Shown: positions 47,431-58,657, numbered from the stretch's first letter. The stretch is 64,000 nucleotides of DNA from Patescibacteria group bacterium (GCA_022711495.1 JAKLEX010000001.1:370171-434170); one strand, 5' to 3'. Notes: generated by a model not told the origin, from the sequence alone. Translations and numbers: made by a program.

Positions 47431-49914
47431 TTACAAAGTCACAAGCGAAGCAATATTATCACCGGCACGCAATTTCATGACTCTAACTCCTTGAGTCTGG
47501 CGACCGAGGATTGGTATTTCATCCACATCAACTCGGATAACCTGGCCCTTTTTGGACATAGCCACGATTTCGTCAGTGAGTTCCGTGACAACAGCGGCGG
47601 AAATGATTTTTCCGATTTTATCGGTGACTTTCGCCGTTTTTATTCCGGATCCGCCACGTTTTTGAACTTTATATTCTTCAAGCGGGGTCTGTTTGGCAAA
47701 ACCATTCTGTGAAAAGACCAAAAGATTATTATTTTTTTCTTGCTTACTGACAGTTAGAGAAACCACGACCCGGTCCTTAGGAGAAATCTTTATGCCACGA
47801 ACACCAGCCGCGCCCCTACCCATTTCTCGAATATCTGATTCTTTGAATCGAATTGACTGACCGAGATTCGTCACGACAACCACCGTATCGTCTTTGGCTA
47901 CAAAGTGTGCCGAGATCAACTTGTCATCGCCCTTAAGCTTGATAGCGATAATACCGCTGCGTCTGACATCCGCGAAACTTTCGGCGTCAACTTTTTTGGT
48001 CACGCCCTGCCCCGTCATCATCATAACGGAAAGACTTGGCATCTTCTTTAATTCTTTCGGCACGGCTAAGACGGAAGTGATCTTCTCTTCCGGAGAGATA
48101 GACAAAAAGTTCATGATAGATTTTCCTTTGGTGGCGCGCTTTCCTTCCGGTAGATCATACATTTTGATTTGATAAACCTTTCCTTTGTCAGTGAAGAATA
48201 ATAAATCGCTGTGAGTTGTCGTATATATTAGAGTGTTAACAAAATCTTCTTCTTTAGTGTCCAAATCAATGACTCCGACGCCGCCACGTCTTTGTTTACG
48301 ATATTCATCGGGATTGGTTCGTTTGATATAGCCGCCGTTCGTCATAACCAAAACGCTTTCTTCATCAGGGACAATGTCTTCCATAGAAATGTTCTTTACG
48401 CCCCCGGCAATTATTTTTGTCTGTCGCTCATCGGCGTACTTTTGCCTGATATCTGACAATTCTTTTTTAATTAAATTACGCATTTTGGCCTCGCTCTTTA
48501 GCAGGGCTTCCAGTTCGGCGATTAATTTCTCAACCTGCAACAACTCGTCTTCAATCTTCTTTCGTTCAAGACCGGCCAGTCTCTGAAGTTTCATCTCCAA
48601 TATGGCCGTGGCTTGAAGTTCGCTGAACTTAAACTTGCTCATCAAGTTGGCGTGAGCCGTAGGGGTGTCTTTGGAGGCCTTAATCAATTTTATAATTTCA
48701 TCAATATGATCAAGGGCCTTTTTTAGACCAAGCAAGATATGCTCGCGCGCTTTGGCTTTGGCCAGATCAAATTTTGTTCGACGAGTGACGACTTCAAAAC
48801 GATGCGCGATAAATTCGTCTAAAATAGACTTGAGACCGAGAGTCTGAGGCACGCCGTCAACTAGCGCCACCATGTTGTAGTGAAAGGCTTCTTCAAGTTG
48901 AGTGTGCTTGTAAATGTAGTTGAGAATACTTTGTGGATGAGCGTTTGATTTTACGTCAATGACGACCCTGATTTCGTCGGTTGATTCATCGCGCAAACCT
49001 TTTATGCCCTCAACCTTCTTCTGCGAATGCAGTTCGGCGATTTTAGCGATAAGATCGGATTTGTTAACTCTATAAGGTATAGAAGTAATAATGATCTGGC
49101 TGTTTCCGCTCTTATCCTCAACGATTTCAGCTTCTCCTCGGCAAACTACTCCGCCACGTCCAGAAGCGTATGCGGTGTAAATATCTTTTTTATCAAAAGC
49201 CAATCCGCCCGTTGGAAAATCCGGCCCCTTAACAAATTGCAACAATTCTTCAGTGCTAGCTTTCGGGTTATCAATCAAATGAACAGTGGCATCAATTATT
49301 TCGCCCAAATTATGTGGCGGAATATTCGTGGCCATACCGACCGCGATTCCCAGAGTTCCGTTCAATAAAAGATTCGGAACGTTTGAAGGTAAAACAACCG
49401 GTTCCTTTTTGGTCGCGTCAAAGTTTTGGCGAAAATTAACTGTATCTTTTTCCAAATCGCTTAGTAGCTCTTCGGAAAGTTTGCTCATCTTGGCCTCCGT
49501 ATAACGATAGGCAGCTGGCGGATCGCCGTCTATAGAACCAAAGTTACCTTGTCCGATAACCAACGGATAGCGCATGGAAAACGGCTGAGCCATTTTAACC
49601 ATGGCGTCATAAACAGCCACGTCGCCGTGCGGGTGATAGTTACCAATGACATCTCCAACTACCGTGGCCGATTTTTTAAATTTAGCGGTGGCAGTTAAAT
49701 TCATCCGGCTCATTGAAAATAGAATTCTTCGATGAACCGGCTTCAGACCATCGCGGACATCGGGAAGCGCCCGCATGGTGATAACCGACATGGCATAATC
49801 AAGATAAGACTTTTTTACTTCTTCGCTGATTGGAGAAATAATCGGCGGATTTGTTGAGCTAGCTGACGGATTAGGTTTGCTATCTTCGCTTTTCTTGTCG
49901 ATATTTTTTGCCAT
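47431..49914 (-). CDS. gyrA: DNA gyrase subunit A
   Basis: [27 protein letters not shown] with the active-site Tyr region. C-terminal beta-pinwheel repeats. Length 827 aa. Confidence 0.95.
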   Translation of the reverse strand: MAKNIDKKSEDSKPNPSASSTNPPIISPISEEVKKSYLDYAMSVITMRALPDVRDGLKPVHRRILFSMSRMNLTATAKFKKSATVVGDVIGNYHPHGDVAVYDAMVKMAQPFSMRYPLVIGQGNFGSIDGDPPAAYRYTEAKMSKLSEELLSDLEKDTVNFRQNFDATKKEPVVLPSNVPNLLLNGTLGIAVGMATNIPPHNLGEIIDATVHLIDNPKASTEELLQFVKGPDFPTGGLAFDKKDIYTAYASGRGGVVCRGEAEIVEDKSGNSQIIITSIPYRVNKSDLIAKIAELHSQKKVEGIKGLRDESTDEIRVVIDVKSNAHPQSILNYIYKHTQLEEAFHYNMVALVDGVPQTLGLKSILDEFIAHRFEVVTRRTKFDLAKAKAREHILLGLKKALDHIDEIIKLIKASKDTPTAHANLMSKFKFSELQATAILEMKLQRLAGLERKKIEDELLQVEKLIAELEALLKSEAKMRNLIKKELSDIRQKYADERQTKIIAGGVKNISMEDIVPDEESVLVMTNGGYIKRTNPDEYRKQRRGGVGVIDLDTKEEDFVNTLIYTTTHSDLLFFTDKGKVYQIKMYDLPEGKRATKGKSIMNFLSISPEEKITSVLAVPKELKKMPSLSVMMMTGQGVTKKVDAESFADVRRSGIIAIKLKGDDKLISAHFVAKDDTVVVVTNLGQSIRFKESDIREMGRGAAGVRGIKISPKDRVVVSLTVSKQEKNNNLLVFSQNGFAKQTPLEEYKVQKRGGSGIKTAKVTDKIGKIISAAVVTELTDEIVAMSKKGQVIRVDVDEIPILGRQTQGVRVMKLRAGDNIASLVTL

Positions 49915-49987
49915 ATTTAAAAACGCTTTTATTCGCGTGTTGCGTCAATTATAGCATGATTCAGCTCCAAACTCAAATGAAAATTGG

Positions 49988-50200
49988 CTAATTAAAGATG
50001 GATTTAAAGCTTGAAAATAAGGATTTTATGGGGGTAATGACGGAGTTCTTTTCTTCAGAAAGAGAGCCCAGATCAAATGAATAAAAAGTGGCAATAAACC
50101 AGATAAGACAAAGAGCGGCCGTTATAATAAAAGCGACGGCAAAAGCAAATTGTTGCTTTTCGGAGTTGCTTTTTTGACGAATTTTTTCTAAAAACTTCAT
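49988..50200 (-). CDS. Small hypothetical membrane protein (70 aa)
   Basis: Single hydrophobic helix. No family recognised. Confidence 0.3.
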   Translation of the reverse strand: MKFLEKIRQKSNSEKQQFAFAVAFIITAALCLIWFIATFYSFDLGSLSEEKNSVITPIKSLFSSFKSIFN

Positions 50201-50208
50201 CAGATTTA

Positions 50209-50838
50209 TTATCTAAGAACAACGATCTCGCCCTCTTTTCCTTCCAAATCCTTCTTCTTGACGGTTAGTTTTTCCAACGGTTTTAAGTTTTCTTCTCCGG
50301 CCTCTTTTAAGAAACGTTTCAGGGCATCTTTTTTACCAATATCGCCGTAATGAATAGGGATAATTATTCTCGGTTCCCTTTTGACCGCCAGTTGATAAGC
50401 TTCCTCTGGTTCCAGCACTCCTTCGCCGCCGATTGGCACAAAGATAATATCCAAATCGCCGAATTCTTCTTTAATTTCCGGAGACAAGTCAGTTTCCGAC
50501 AGTGCCCCTAGAAAAGCCACGTTTATACCGTCAATCTGAAAAACGTACACGGTGTTCACCCTCTCTTCTCCTCCGTAGCGAGTTTTGGTTGGAAAACCGC
50601 GAATAAACATTTCCTTAACCTCATATTCTCCCGGACCGGTTATAGCAAAAGGAATTTGTTCGCTACGTGTTGCGTTTTCAATTCCATTAAAGTCCGGGTG
50701 GTTGGTCGTAACTAAAACAATATCGGATCCGAAACTGGTCGTGGAGTATTTTGATTTTTTGCTAGGAGGATTTATGGCGATCGTGATGTTGCCCTGAGTG
50801 ATCTTAACCAACTCCGCGCCGTCGTAATTTATAACCAT
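50209..50838 (-). CDS. MBL-fold metal-dependent hydrolase (UPF0173-like)
   Basis: MVINYDGAELVKITQGNITIAINP… matches the UPF0173 beta-lactamase-fold family. The ORF-track N-terminal extension (to 51129) is low-complexity and overlaps the divergent rpsA upstream region, so I start at the internal Met. Confidence 0.65.
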   Translation of the reverse strand: MVINYDGAELVKITQGNITIAINPPSKKSKYSTTSFGSDIVLVTTNHPDFNGIENATRSEQIPFAITGPGEYEVKEMFIRGFPTKTRYGGEERVNTVYVFQIDGINVAFLGALSETDLSPEIKEEFGDLDIIFVPIGGEGVLEPEEAYQLAVKREPRIIIPIHYGDIGKKDALKRFLKEAGEENLKPLEKLTVKKKDLEGKEGEIVVLR

Positions 50839-50995
50839 ACGCCGAGGATTATAACAGATTGGTTTACAAATTGCGAAAACGTAGTATACTCTCCCAAGTC
50901 CTTTATTATCAGCACTAGAAGTTTGTAGTAACCTCGCCGGCAATGACAGAAAGGCTTGACGCGATAGAAAATGAACCGGCGAACCTGCAAACTTT

Positions 50996-52108
50996 TTGCA
51001 TTTAATGGATACAAAAAAAATAACGAAGTTAACCAAGGAAGAAGAAAAAGCGCTTGATTTTATAGAGAAGTTACCTAATCCGCCACAGGTCGGTGGTTTA
51101 GTTGAAGGTCCAGTAATCGCTGTCGCCAAGGCGGCGGTTTATATTGATTTAAGGCCCTTCGGGACAGGAATTATCATGGGGCGAGAATACATAATCGCTC
51201 GTGATTTAATCCGAAAGATTCGGATCGGTGACATGATCACGGCAAAAGTCGCCGACACTTTAAATCCCGACGGATACATAGAGTTGTCTCTAAAAGAAGC
51301 CAAGCAGGCCTTGATTTGGGACGAGGTTGAGGAAGCCATAAAATTAAAGACAACCCTGGAACTTCCGGTTCAGGACGCCAACAAAGGAGGTCTTTTGATG
51401 TCTTGGCAAGGCATTCAAGGATTTTTACCGGCTTCGCAACTTAAACCTGAAAATTATCCGCGGGTTATGGACGGCGACAAAGTAAAGATTCTTGAAGAAT
51501 TGAAAAAGCTGGTTGGGCAAAAATTAAACGTGACTATTATCGGCGCGACACCGAATGATGGAAAATTAATCTTTTCGGAAAAAAGCGCCATCGAACCGGG
51601 AGGCGCGGGCGCAGAAAAAGTTTCAACCGAGCAATACAAACCTGGCGATATTTTGGATGGTGAAGTCACGGGCGTTGTGGACTTTGGTATCTTCGTCAAG
51701 ATTGGCAAAAATTTGGAAGGCCTGGTTCATATCTCCGAAATTGATTGGTCGTTAGTGGAGAATCCGCGTGAATACGTTACTATCGGCGAGAAAGTAAAGG
51801 TAAAAGTCATTGAGGTCAAAGATGGCAAGGTTTCTTTGTCCATAAAAGCCCTCAAAGAAAATCCTTGGGTAGCTGCCGGTAAGAAATATAAAAAGGGATT
51901 GGTGGTTAAGGGGCTGGTCATCAAGTACAACAAACACGGCGCGCTAGTTTCCATTGAAGAGGGCGTGGCTGGATTAGTCCATGTTTCAGAGTTTGAAAAT
52001 TTAACAGAGTTAAAAGACAAACTTGAATTAGGAAAGGTCTACGATTTCAAAATCACTCTATTTGAAGCTAAAGATCAGAAGATGACTCTGACTCCAAAAA
52101 TAGATTAA
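50996..52108 (+). CDS. rpsA: 30S ribosomal protein S1-like (four S1 domains)
   Basis: Four repeats of the S1 OB fold (…GDMITAKV…, …GGLLMSWQGIQGFLPASQL…, …GEVTGVVDFGIFVKI…, …GLVIKYNKHGALVSI…). Confidence 0.75.
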   Translation: MHLMDTKKITKLTKEEEKALDFIEKLPNPPQVGGLVEGPVIAVAKAAVYIDLRPFGTGIIMGREYIIARDLIRKIRIGDMITAKVADTLNPDGYIELSLKEAKQALIWDEVEEAIKLKTTLELPVQDANKGGLLMSWQGIQGFLPASQLKPENYPRVMDGDKVKILEELKKLVGQKLNVTIIGATPNDGKLIFSEKSAIEPGGAGAEKVSTEQYKPGDILDGEVTGVVDFGIFVKIGKNLEGLVHISEIDWSLVENPREYVTIGEKVKVKVIEVKDGKVSLSIKALKENPWVAAGKKYKKGLVVKGLVIKYNKHGALVSIEEGVAGLVHVSEFENLTELKDKLELGKVYDFKITLFEAKDQKMTLTPKID

Positions 52109-52111
52109 GTA

Positions 52112-52699
52112 TTAGTTAAATTTATTCATCGCCAAAAGATAACCGTCGGTGACTATAGTCTCAATAGAATCGACGGTTTTCTTTTTTATTTTTTTAAGAA
52201 TCTCTTGCTCCTTGCTTGAAAATTTACCGAGAACATGCGCAACCACGGCTTTTTCACCGCTCGGTTTTTTGATTTTCCCCATTCCGGTTGTCGGCGAAAT
52301 ACCGATCTTTATTCTCGGAAAAGCCTCGGTTTTGACGGCCCTGATGACCGATTCCACTCCCCGATGTCCGCCGCTGCTTTTATTGAAAACAATTTTTGAC
52401 GAGCCTACTCCCATATCAAGCTCGTCGTGAATCACGACCATATCCAGAGCTTTTTTCTTATTATTTATAAATTTCTTGAGGGCTAGACCAGAATTGTTCA
52501 TGTAAGTATCTGGCAAGATAAGCAGAACTTTTTCTCTGCCGATCTTCCCTTCTGAAAGACTGGCACAGACTTTCTTGTCATAAACAAAATCATCAAACTT
52601 AAATTTTTTAATTAAACTTCTGACAATGTCTCGCCCGATATTGTGACGAGTCTCTTCGTATCTTTCGCTAGGGTTTCCTAGACCAATAACAAATTTCAT
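52112..52699 (-). CDS. pth: Peptidyl-tRNA hydrolase
   Basis: MKFVIGLGNPSERYEETRHNIG… is the canonical Pth N-terminus. The ORF track extends 12 codons further upstream. Confidence 0.85.
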   Translation of the reverse strand: MKFVIGLGNPSERYEETRHNIGRDIVRSLIKKFKFDDFVYDKKVCASLSEGKIGREKVLLILPDTYMNNSGLALKKFINNKKKALDMVVIHDELDMGVGSSKIVFNKSSGGHRGVESVIRAVKTEAFPRIKIGISPTTGMGKIKKPSGEKAVVAHVLGKFSSKEQEILKKIKKKTVDSIETIVTDGYLLAMNKFN

Positions 52700-52726
52700 G
52701 AAAACGATTATAAATTTTGAAATAAC

Positions 52727-53332
52727 TTGTGTCAAACGGTTTTATGGATTAAAATGACCAGCAAACAGATGAGCGACGATCCTAAAATCAAAACCAAAGC
52801 CTCCGGAATAAAAGATTTTATCAGCTTTATTGTCATAACGGCCATCGTGGTTTTACCGATCCGCATATTTGTGGCCCAACCTTTCGTAGTCAGCGGCTCA
52901 TCCATGTCCCCAACTTTTGAGAATGGCGAGTACCTCATCGTGGATCAACTCTCTTATAATTTTTCCGAACCGGCGCGCGGAGACGTCATAATTTTCAGAT
53001 ACCCGATTAACCCTGAAAAATTTTTCATCAAACGAATAATCGGTCTGCCGGGCGATACCGTGAAAATAGATGGAAATGAAGTTCTTATTAAAAACGCGGC
53101 AAATCCAGAAGGAATTAGCCTGGATCAATCCTTCGTGGTTTTTTCTCAAGAAACTTCACTGGAGATCACGCTGGCGGACGATAATTATTTCGTCATGGGA
53201 GATAATCGAGCGGCCAGTCTTGATTCACGGTCCTGGGGACCGTTGAAAAGAGATTTAATCGTCGGCAGGGCTTTTATCAGATTGTGGCCATTTAATAAAA
53301 TTGATTATTTGCCGGGTGGATTTTTATATTAA
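52727..53332 (+). CDS. lepB: Signal peptidase I
   Basis: SPase I boxes: VSGSSMSPTF (catalytic Ser), RGDVIIFRYP, and FIKRIIGLPGD with the catalytic Lys region. An alternative start lies at 52754. Confidence 0.85.
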   Translation: MCQTVLWIKMTSKQMSDDPKIKTKASGIKDFISFIVITAIVVLPIRIFVAQPFVVSGSSMSPTFENGEYLIVDQLSYNFSEPARGDVIIFRYPINPEKFFIKRIIGLPGDTVKIDGNEVLIKNAANPEGISLDQSFVVFSQETSLEITLADDNYFVMGDNRAASLDSRSWGPLKRDLIVGRAFIRLWPFNKIDYLPGGFLY

Positions 53333-53336
53333 AAAC

Positions 53337-54518
53337 ATGAAAAGCAGAAAAAATAAAACGCAAAAACGAGCAAAAAAGATACTGGAAGCGGAGGTGGTGG
53401 CTAGATATTTTGGCTTCGTCAGAGAAGCGCCGGGGGCCGTAACAAAAGAAGATGTCAGATCCGTCGACGGAAATTGTAGGGAAAAAAACTATCTTGATGA
53501 CAACCTCTTCTCTGCCGAGGAAATCTTGGCTCAGGTAAGAAAATATCGTGATGACGAGAAAGAAACAATAGAGCCAAAATTACTTTATTTCACCGGCTCA
53601 GTCACGGGCCCACATCGCAAACACAGAAAATCTGGCAATAACGAAATAATCAATTTGCACATGATTAATGTCTCCGAAAGTATCGCCGAAGCGACATTGA
53701 TTAAAACCGCGCAAGCGATTTTGGCCGATGCCGGCATCAAAAAAATTCTAGTGAAAATAAACGATGTCGGCGATAAAGACTCTCAGGGCGCCTTTATCCG
53801 CGAAGCCACGAGTTATTACAGAAAAAACAGCGATGAGTTAAACACGCATTGCCGACAACTTTTCAAAGAAAGTCTGTATTCATTAATGAGTCGCGGAAAA
53901 AATCAATGTCTGGAACTTCATAAATCCGCGCCGAAACCGATGGATTATCTTGACGAAGACGCTAGAAAAAAATTCGGTGAGACCTTGGAGTTTCTGGAAA
54001 CCCTGGATATATTTTACGAAATAGATCCGATGCTAATCGGCGATCCAAATTATTCCACACACACAGTTTTTGAAATCATCAATCAAGAAGACGGTAGCGT
54101 TGTGGCCGCTGGATCAAGATACGATTCTCTGGCCAGAAAATACGGGCTAAAGAAAGATATCCCGTCTGTCGGCATGGTTATATATCTGCCAAAACCTAAA
54201 ATGTCGTCAGAAAAAATACTCAAAAAAGTTGATAAGGCACGGTTTTTCTTTTTGCAGATAAGTTATGAGGCCAAATTGAAATGTCTTTCAATCATAGACG
54301 AATTGCGACATGCTCATTTGCCCGTTCTGCATAAAATTTACCGAGACAAACTGTCTGTTCAGATTGCCGCGGCCAAAAAGACCAATGTTGATTATCTGAT
54401 CATCATGGGACAAAAAGAGGCTCTGGATGATGAGTTGATTTTAAGAGATAAAGAAAACCGCTCACAGCAGATTGTCAGGCGAGCCGATTTGATTGGCCGG
54501 CTGAAAAAACTTAAATAA
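53337..54518 (+). CDS. hisS: Histidyl-tRNA synthetase-like class II aaRS (divergent N-terminal or motif-2 region) with C-terminal class II anticodon-binding domain
   Basis: Motif-3-like FEIINQEDGSVVAAGSRYDSLARKYG (compare GGRYDGL) and an anticodon-binding domain (…DYLIIMGQKEALDDELILRDKE…). The N-terminal third does not match the canonical HisRS motif 1/2 well. Confidence 0.6.
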   Translation: MKSRKNKTQKRAKKILEAEVVARYFGFVREAPGAVTKEDVRSVDGNCREKNYLDDNLFSAEEILAQVRKYRDDEKETIEPKLLYFTGSVTGPHRKHRKSGNNEIINLHMINVSESIAEATLIKTAQAILADAGIKKILVKINDVGDKDSQGAFIREATSYYRKNSDELNTHCRQLFKESLYSLMSRGKNQCLELHKSAPKPMDYLDEDARKKFGETLEFLETLDIFYEIDPMLIGDPNYSTHTVFEIINQEDGSVVAAGSRYDSLARKYGLKKDIPSVGMVIYLPKPKMSSEKILKKVDKARFFFLQISYEAKLKCLSIIDELRHAHLPVLHKIYRDKLSVQIAAAKKTNVDYLIIMGQKEALDDELILRDKENRSQQIVRRADLIGRLKKLK

Positions 54519-54572
54519 AATCCACGGCGTGTATTGCCACTTTTAAGGCTCTGTGGTAGTCTTATTCCCACT

Positions 54573-54818
54573 ATGGCGACCAACGTAGAACTGCAAAAAG
54601 GTAAAAATGAAAGCAATTTAAACCTGCTTAAAAGATTCGGACGAAAAGTCCAAGAAGCTGGCGTCCTCCAATATAAGAGAAGCATCCGCTACGCCGAGAG
54701 AGAACAATCGCCTTACACCAGAAAGAAAAAGAGATTAAGCTCAATCAAGAGAAAGGTTGAGGTAGAAAAATTGATCAAGCTCGGAAAAATCACTCCTCGC
54801 GTCAAAGGCCGACGATAA
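54573..54818 (+). CDS. rpsU: 30S ribosomal protein S21
   Basis: …LKRFGRKVQEAGVLQYKRSIRYAEREQSPYTRKKKR… is the S21 pattern. The ORF-track start at 54534 is probably too early. Confidence 0.65.
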   Translation: MATNVELQKGKNESNLNLLKRFGRKVQEAGVLQYKRSIRYAEREQSPYTRKKKRLSSIKRKVEVEKLIKLGKITPRVKGRR

Positions 54819-55205
54819 ATGTTCCAGATTAAGAAACTTTTCAAGAAACCGCTCCCAAAGCCCTTTTCTCACTATAGAAAAATCGCTGAAGCAATATTGG
54901 GCAAAGCTTTTGAGCTATCTCTGGTCTTTATTTCGAAAAAAGAGTCAAAAAAACTTAATAAAAAATTTCGTCACAAAAATAAAGTAGCGAACGTTTTGAG
55001 TTTCCAATTAGGCAAAAATTACGGGGAGATTTTTATAACTATTGAGCGTGCGGAAGACGAAGCAAAAAAGTTTGAAATGAGCACGGCGGTTTACATTGAC
55101 TATTTACTGATCCACGGAGCTTTACATCTTCTGGGACTGGATCATGGAAAAAAAATGGAAAGAGCCGAAAACAAGTTTTTGACGACTTATTCACATACAA
55201 AATAA
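54819..55205 (+). CDS. ybeY: rRNA maturation endoribonuclease YbeY
   Basis: HGALHLLGLDH metal-binding motif. Length 128 aa. Confidence 0.85.
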   Translation: MFQIKKLFKKPLPKPFSHYRKIAEAILGKAFELSLVFISKKESKKLNKKFRHKNKVANVLSFQLGKNYGEIFITIERAEDEAKKFEMSTAVYIDYLLIHGALHLLGLDHGKKMERAENKFLTTYSHTK

Positions 55206-55245
55206 ACGATTTTGGAGTATAATACAGGAACTACATTAATATTTT

Positions 55246-56469
55246 ATGAGCAGAAAGAGCATCGTTGGATTAGATATTGGTACATATCAAGTAAAGGTCG
55301 TGGTGGCCGAACAAAATGACGATGCTCATTCGTTGCCAAAAATAATTGGGGTCGGTCACGCCGAATCTAAGGGACTTCGTCACGGTTACATTATCAATCA
55401 GACTGACGCCATTCGCAGTATCAGAAAAGCTATCAGACAAGCGGAAAAATCCAGCAATGTAAAAATAGAAAGGGCCTACGTTTCTATCGGCGGAATTGGA
55501 CTTTCCAGTTACGTGTCCGAAGGATCGGTGATGATCTCACGTGCTGATAATGAAATAACTGAGCTTGATTTGGAAAAAGTCGGGCGAAATAGTCAGGACA
55601 ATATTCCTAAGAATGTTATTCAGAATAAGCGCATAATTCATCAAATTCCGATTGAATACAAAATTGACGGCAAGGCTATTCTTGGGAAAAACCCAGTCGG
55701 ATTAAAGGCCGTTAAACTTGAAGTGAAGACTTTGTTTATCACCTCTTTGATTCATCATTTTCAGGAAATAATTCAGACGGTGGGAAATGCCGGAATAGAA
55801 ATAAGTGATGTTATGGCCGCACCATTAGCCGCCGGGTTAGTAACACTATCAAAGGCAGAAAAGATCGCCGGCTGTGTTTTGGCGAACATCGGTTCGGAAA
55901 CCGTGTCTATTATCGTTTATGAGGATGATTTGCCGATATCTATGGAAGTTTTCCCTATCGGTTCCAACGATATCACCAACGACATCGCCCTCGGATTAAA
56001 AATTTCTCTTGAAGACGCCGAAAAAATCAAAAAAGAACATAATGACAGTTTCGCTTATCCGGATCTGCCGAAGAAAAAATTACAGGAAATAATCTCCGCC
56101 AGATTTTCTGACATCTTTGAATTGATTGACGCACATTTAAAAAAGAATGGTAAAAGCGGTTTACTACCAGCAGGCATTGTCATCACTGGTGGCGGCGCCG
56201 GCATAGTCAATATCGCCGATTTGGCCAAAATCACCATGAAGCTCCCCTCAAAGGTGGCGGATCTTAAAGAAGACAACGAAGATTTTAAAAAAATTGTTGG
56301 CAATCAGAACATCAAAGTAAAAGATGCAACCTGGTCAGTGGCTTACGGCTTGTGCGTTTTCGGACTTTATGCTGACAACGAAGGCAGTATTGGCAATGTC
56401 GGCGGCATAAAATTAATCAAAAAGATCATACAAAAAATTAGCCAATGGTTTAGGAAGTTTTTGCCATAG
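55246..56469 (+). CDS. ftsA: Cell division protein FtsA
   Basis: Actin-fold N-terminus IVGLDIGTYQVKVVVAE and overall FtsA domain order. Directly upstream of ftsZ. Confidence 0.85.
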   Translation: MSRKSIVGLDIGTYQVKVVVAEQNDDAHSLPKIIGVGHAESKGLRHGYIINQTDAIRSIRKAIRQAEKSSNVKIERAYVSIGGIGLSSYVSEGSVMISRADNEITELDLEKVGRNSQDNIPKNVIQNKRIIHQIPIEYKIDGKAILGKNPVGLKAVKLEVKTLFITSLIHHFQEIIQTVGNAGIEISDVMAAPLAAGLVTLSKAEKIAGCVLANIGSETVSIIVYEDDLPISMEVFPIGSNDITNDIALGLKISLEDAEKIKKEHNDSFAYPDLPKKKLQEIISARFSDIFELIDAHLKKNGKSGLLPAGIVITGGGAGIVNIADLAKITMKLPSKVADLKEDNEDFKKIVGNQNIKVKDATWSVAYGLCVFGLYADNEGSIGNVGGIKLIKKIIQKISQWFRKFLP

Positions 56470-56600
56470 ATTCGGCTGCCACTTGCTACTGCTTTCTGGA
56501 CTTGCCTGTTTTGGACTTTAAGTCTAATATGTAGGGCACTTATTGTATTGAGGAAATAAGGGGAATTATTAGGTATTTTATTGATTAATATATTAGAAAT

Positions 56601-57719
56601 ATGCCGCAAGTTAAACCAGAAATTGAGACTATCGCCCGAATTAAAGTTATCGGAGTTGGGGGCTCGGGAAAGAACGCCATTGAGCACATGTATAACTCAA
56701 AGATCCGGGGAGTTGAGTTCGTTGTCGTAAACACCGACGCTCAAGACCTGCACAGTTCTCAGGCCAAGAAAAAAATTCACATTGGCAAAAACTTAACCAA
56801 AGGATTGGGAACGGGAATGAATCCAGAGTTGGGTCGTCGCGCCGTAGAAGAAACCAAAGAAGAGGTTCAGGAAACGCTTAAAAACTCTGACATGATTTTC
56901 ATCACCGGAGGTTTGGGTGGTGGAACTTGTTCTGGAGCCAGTCCGGTTATCGCTCAAATGGCCAAAGAATCCGGCGCCTTGACTGTCGCCGTCGTAACTA
57001 AACCTTTCTTCTTTGAAGGACGACAAAGAATGAGAATCGCCGAAGATTCCCTGGAGGAATTAAGAAAAGAAGTTGACGCGATTATCGTCATTCCAAACGA
57101 TCGCCTTCTAAGCAACATCTCCAAAGAGACAACGATTTACAACGCGTTCGCCATGTGCGACGACGTTCTCAAACAATCGGTTGAGGGCATCTCTGATTTG
57201 ATCACAACTCCGGGCTTGATTAATACAGACTTTGCCGATATCAAGGCAATCTTGAAAGACGCCGGTTCGGCTCTTATGGGCATTGGTATCGCTAGCGGAG
57301 AAAAGCGCGCGGAAGAAGCGGCTAAAATGGCCATCAATTCCCCTCTATTGGACATCTCCATCAATGGCGCTCGAGGAATTCTATTCTCTATCGCCGGTGG
57401 CGAAGACTTGACCATGTTTGAAGTTCAAGAAGCGGCTAAAATAATCACCGAATCAATGGATCCGGACGCGAAAGTCATTTTCGGTACAGTTAAAGACGAT
57501 AAACTAAAGAAGGGTGATATCAAGATAACGATCATTGCTTCTGGTTTTCCGGAGAATTCTCCAAAAAAATCTTTATTTGGCGGAAGTAAAGAAGAATCAA
57601 GAAAAGAACCAAAAATCGCTGAGGTTGATTCAGACAAAGAAAAGAAAAGTAAGAAAGAAGACGATGACGATGAGTGGGGCGCGATTCCGGCTTTCTTGAG
57701 AAGAAGTAAAGTTAAGTAG
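56601..57719 (+). CDS. ftsZ: Cell division protein FtsZ
   Basis: IKVIGVGGSGKNAIEHM, the GGGTGSG-type loop (GGLGGGTCSGASP), a T7 loop and a C-terminal acidic tail with the conserved terminal peptide. Confidence 0.95.
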   Translation: MPQVKPEIETIARIKVIGVGGSGKNAIEHMYNSKIRGVEFVVVNTDAQDLHSSQAKKKIHIGKNLTKGLGTGMNPELGRRAVEETKEEVQETLKNSDMIFITGGLGGGTCSGASPVIAQMAKESGALTVAVVTKPFFFEGRQRMRIAEDSLEELRKEVDAIIVIPNDRLLSNISKETTIYNAFAMCDDVLKQSVEGISDLITTPGLINTDFADIKAILKDAGSALMGIGIASGEKRAEEAAKMAINSPLLDISINGARGILFSIAGGEDLTMFEVQEAAKIITESMDPDAKVIFGTVKDDKLKKGDIKITIIASGFPENSPKKSLFGGSKEESRKEPKIAEVDSDKEKKSKKEDDDDEWGAIPAFLRRSKVK

Positions 57720-57733
57720 AACACGGGAAAGAC

Positions 57734-58657
57734 ATGTATGATTTAATTATCCTCGGCGGCGGACCGGCAGGAACAGCAGCTGCCGTTTATGCCGCGCGGA
57801 AACAATTAAAAACCGCGCTAATTACCAAAAGTTTTGGTGGCCAAAGCATTAATTCTCTTCAAATTGAAAACTGGATCGGTGAAATTAAAATCAGCGGACT
57901 GGAGCTGGCAAAGAAATTTGAGAAACACATTGAATCGTGCGCTGGAAAAACTTTGGAGATTAAAAAGAGTGAAGAAGTAAAAGATCTCAAAAAGTCAGCC
58001 GATGGGTTTGAGGTTAAAACGCAGAAACACAGCTATTCAACAAAAACTATTTTGATCGCTTCCGGAGCTAATCGCAGGAAGTTGCCGGCGAAAAACGCCG
58101 ACAAATTTGAAAATCTGGGGCTAACTTATTGTGCTACTTGCGACGGTCCATTATTTAAAAATCAAGTTGTAGCCGTTGTCGGAGGCGGCAATTCGGCGGT
58201 TGAGACAGCGATGCAGCTTCTTTCCTACACACAGAAAGTGTATCTATTTCACCGAGAAAAAGTTTTGAAAGCCGACCCGATTTCCGTGGAAGCCATAAAA
58301 CATGACCCTAAACTAGAAATTATTCATCGTTCTGAAGTCACAGAAGTTTTGGGTGACAAAATGGTCAGCGGAATTAAAATCAAAAATCTAGACGATAATT
58401 CTGAAAAAGAAATCGCAGTAAACGGGATCTTTGTTGAGATTGGATCAGTGCCGGCAATAGACTTCGCTGGAAATTTAATAAAATTAGCGGCTGAAAATAC
58501 CATAGAAATTGATCCTTGGACACAACAGACTTCCGTACCGGGAATTTGGGCGGCCGGAGACGTAACTAACGCCAAATATCACCAAAACAACATCGCCGCC
58601 GGTGATGCCATAAAAGCGATTGAGGACATTTTTAATTACGTTAAGAAAAAGCAGTAA
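57734..58657 (+). CDS. trxB: Thioredoxin-disulfide reductase
   Basis: FAD motif YDLIILGGGPAGTAAAVYAAR. Redox-active CATCDGPLF. Confidence 0.9.
   Translation: MYDLIILGGGPAGTAAAVYAARKQLKTALITKSFGGQSINSLQIENWIGEIKISGLELAKKFEKHIESCAGKTLEIKKSEEVKDLKKSADGFEVKTQKHSYSTKTILIASGANRRKLPAKNADKFENLGLTYCATCDGPLFKNQVVAVVGGGNSAVETAMQLLSYTQKVYLFHREKVLKADPISVEAIKHDPKLEIIHRSEVTEVLGDKMVSGIKIKNLDDNSEKEIAVNGIFVEIGSVPAIDFAGNLIKLAAENTIEIDPWTQQTSVPGIWAAGDVTNAKYHQNNIAAGDAIKAIEDIFNYVKKKQ

Noticed and set aside
50839-51129. N-terminal 97-aa extension of the MBL-fold gene in the ORF track
   Set aside because: The extension is low-complexity and runs through the divergent promoter region of the rpsA-like gene. The family-typical N-terminus MVINYDG starts at the internal Met.
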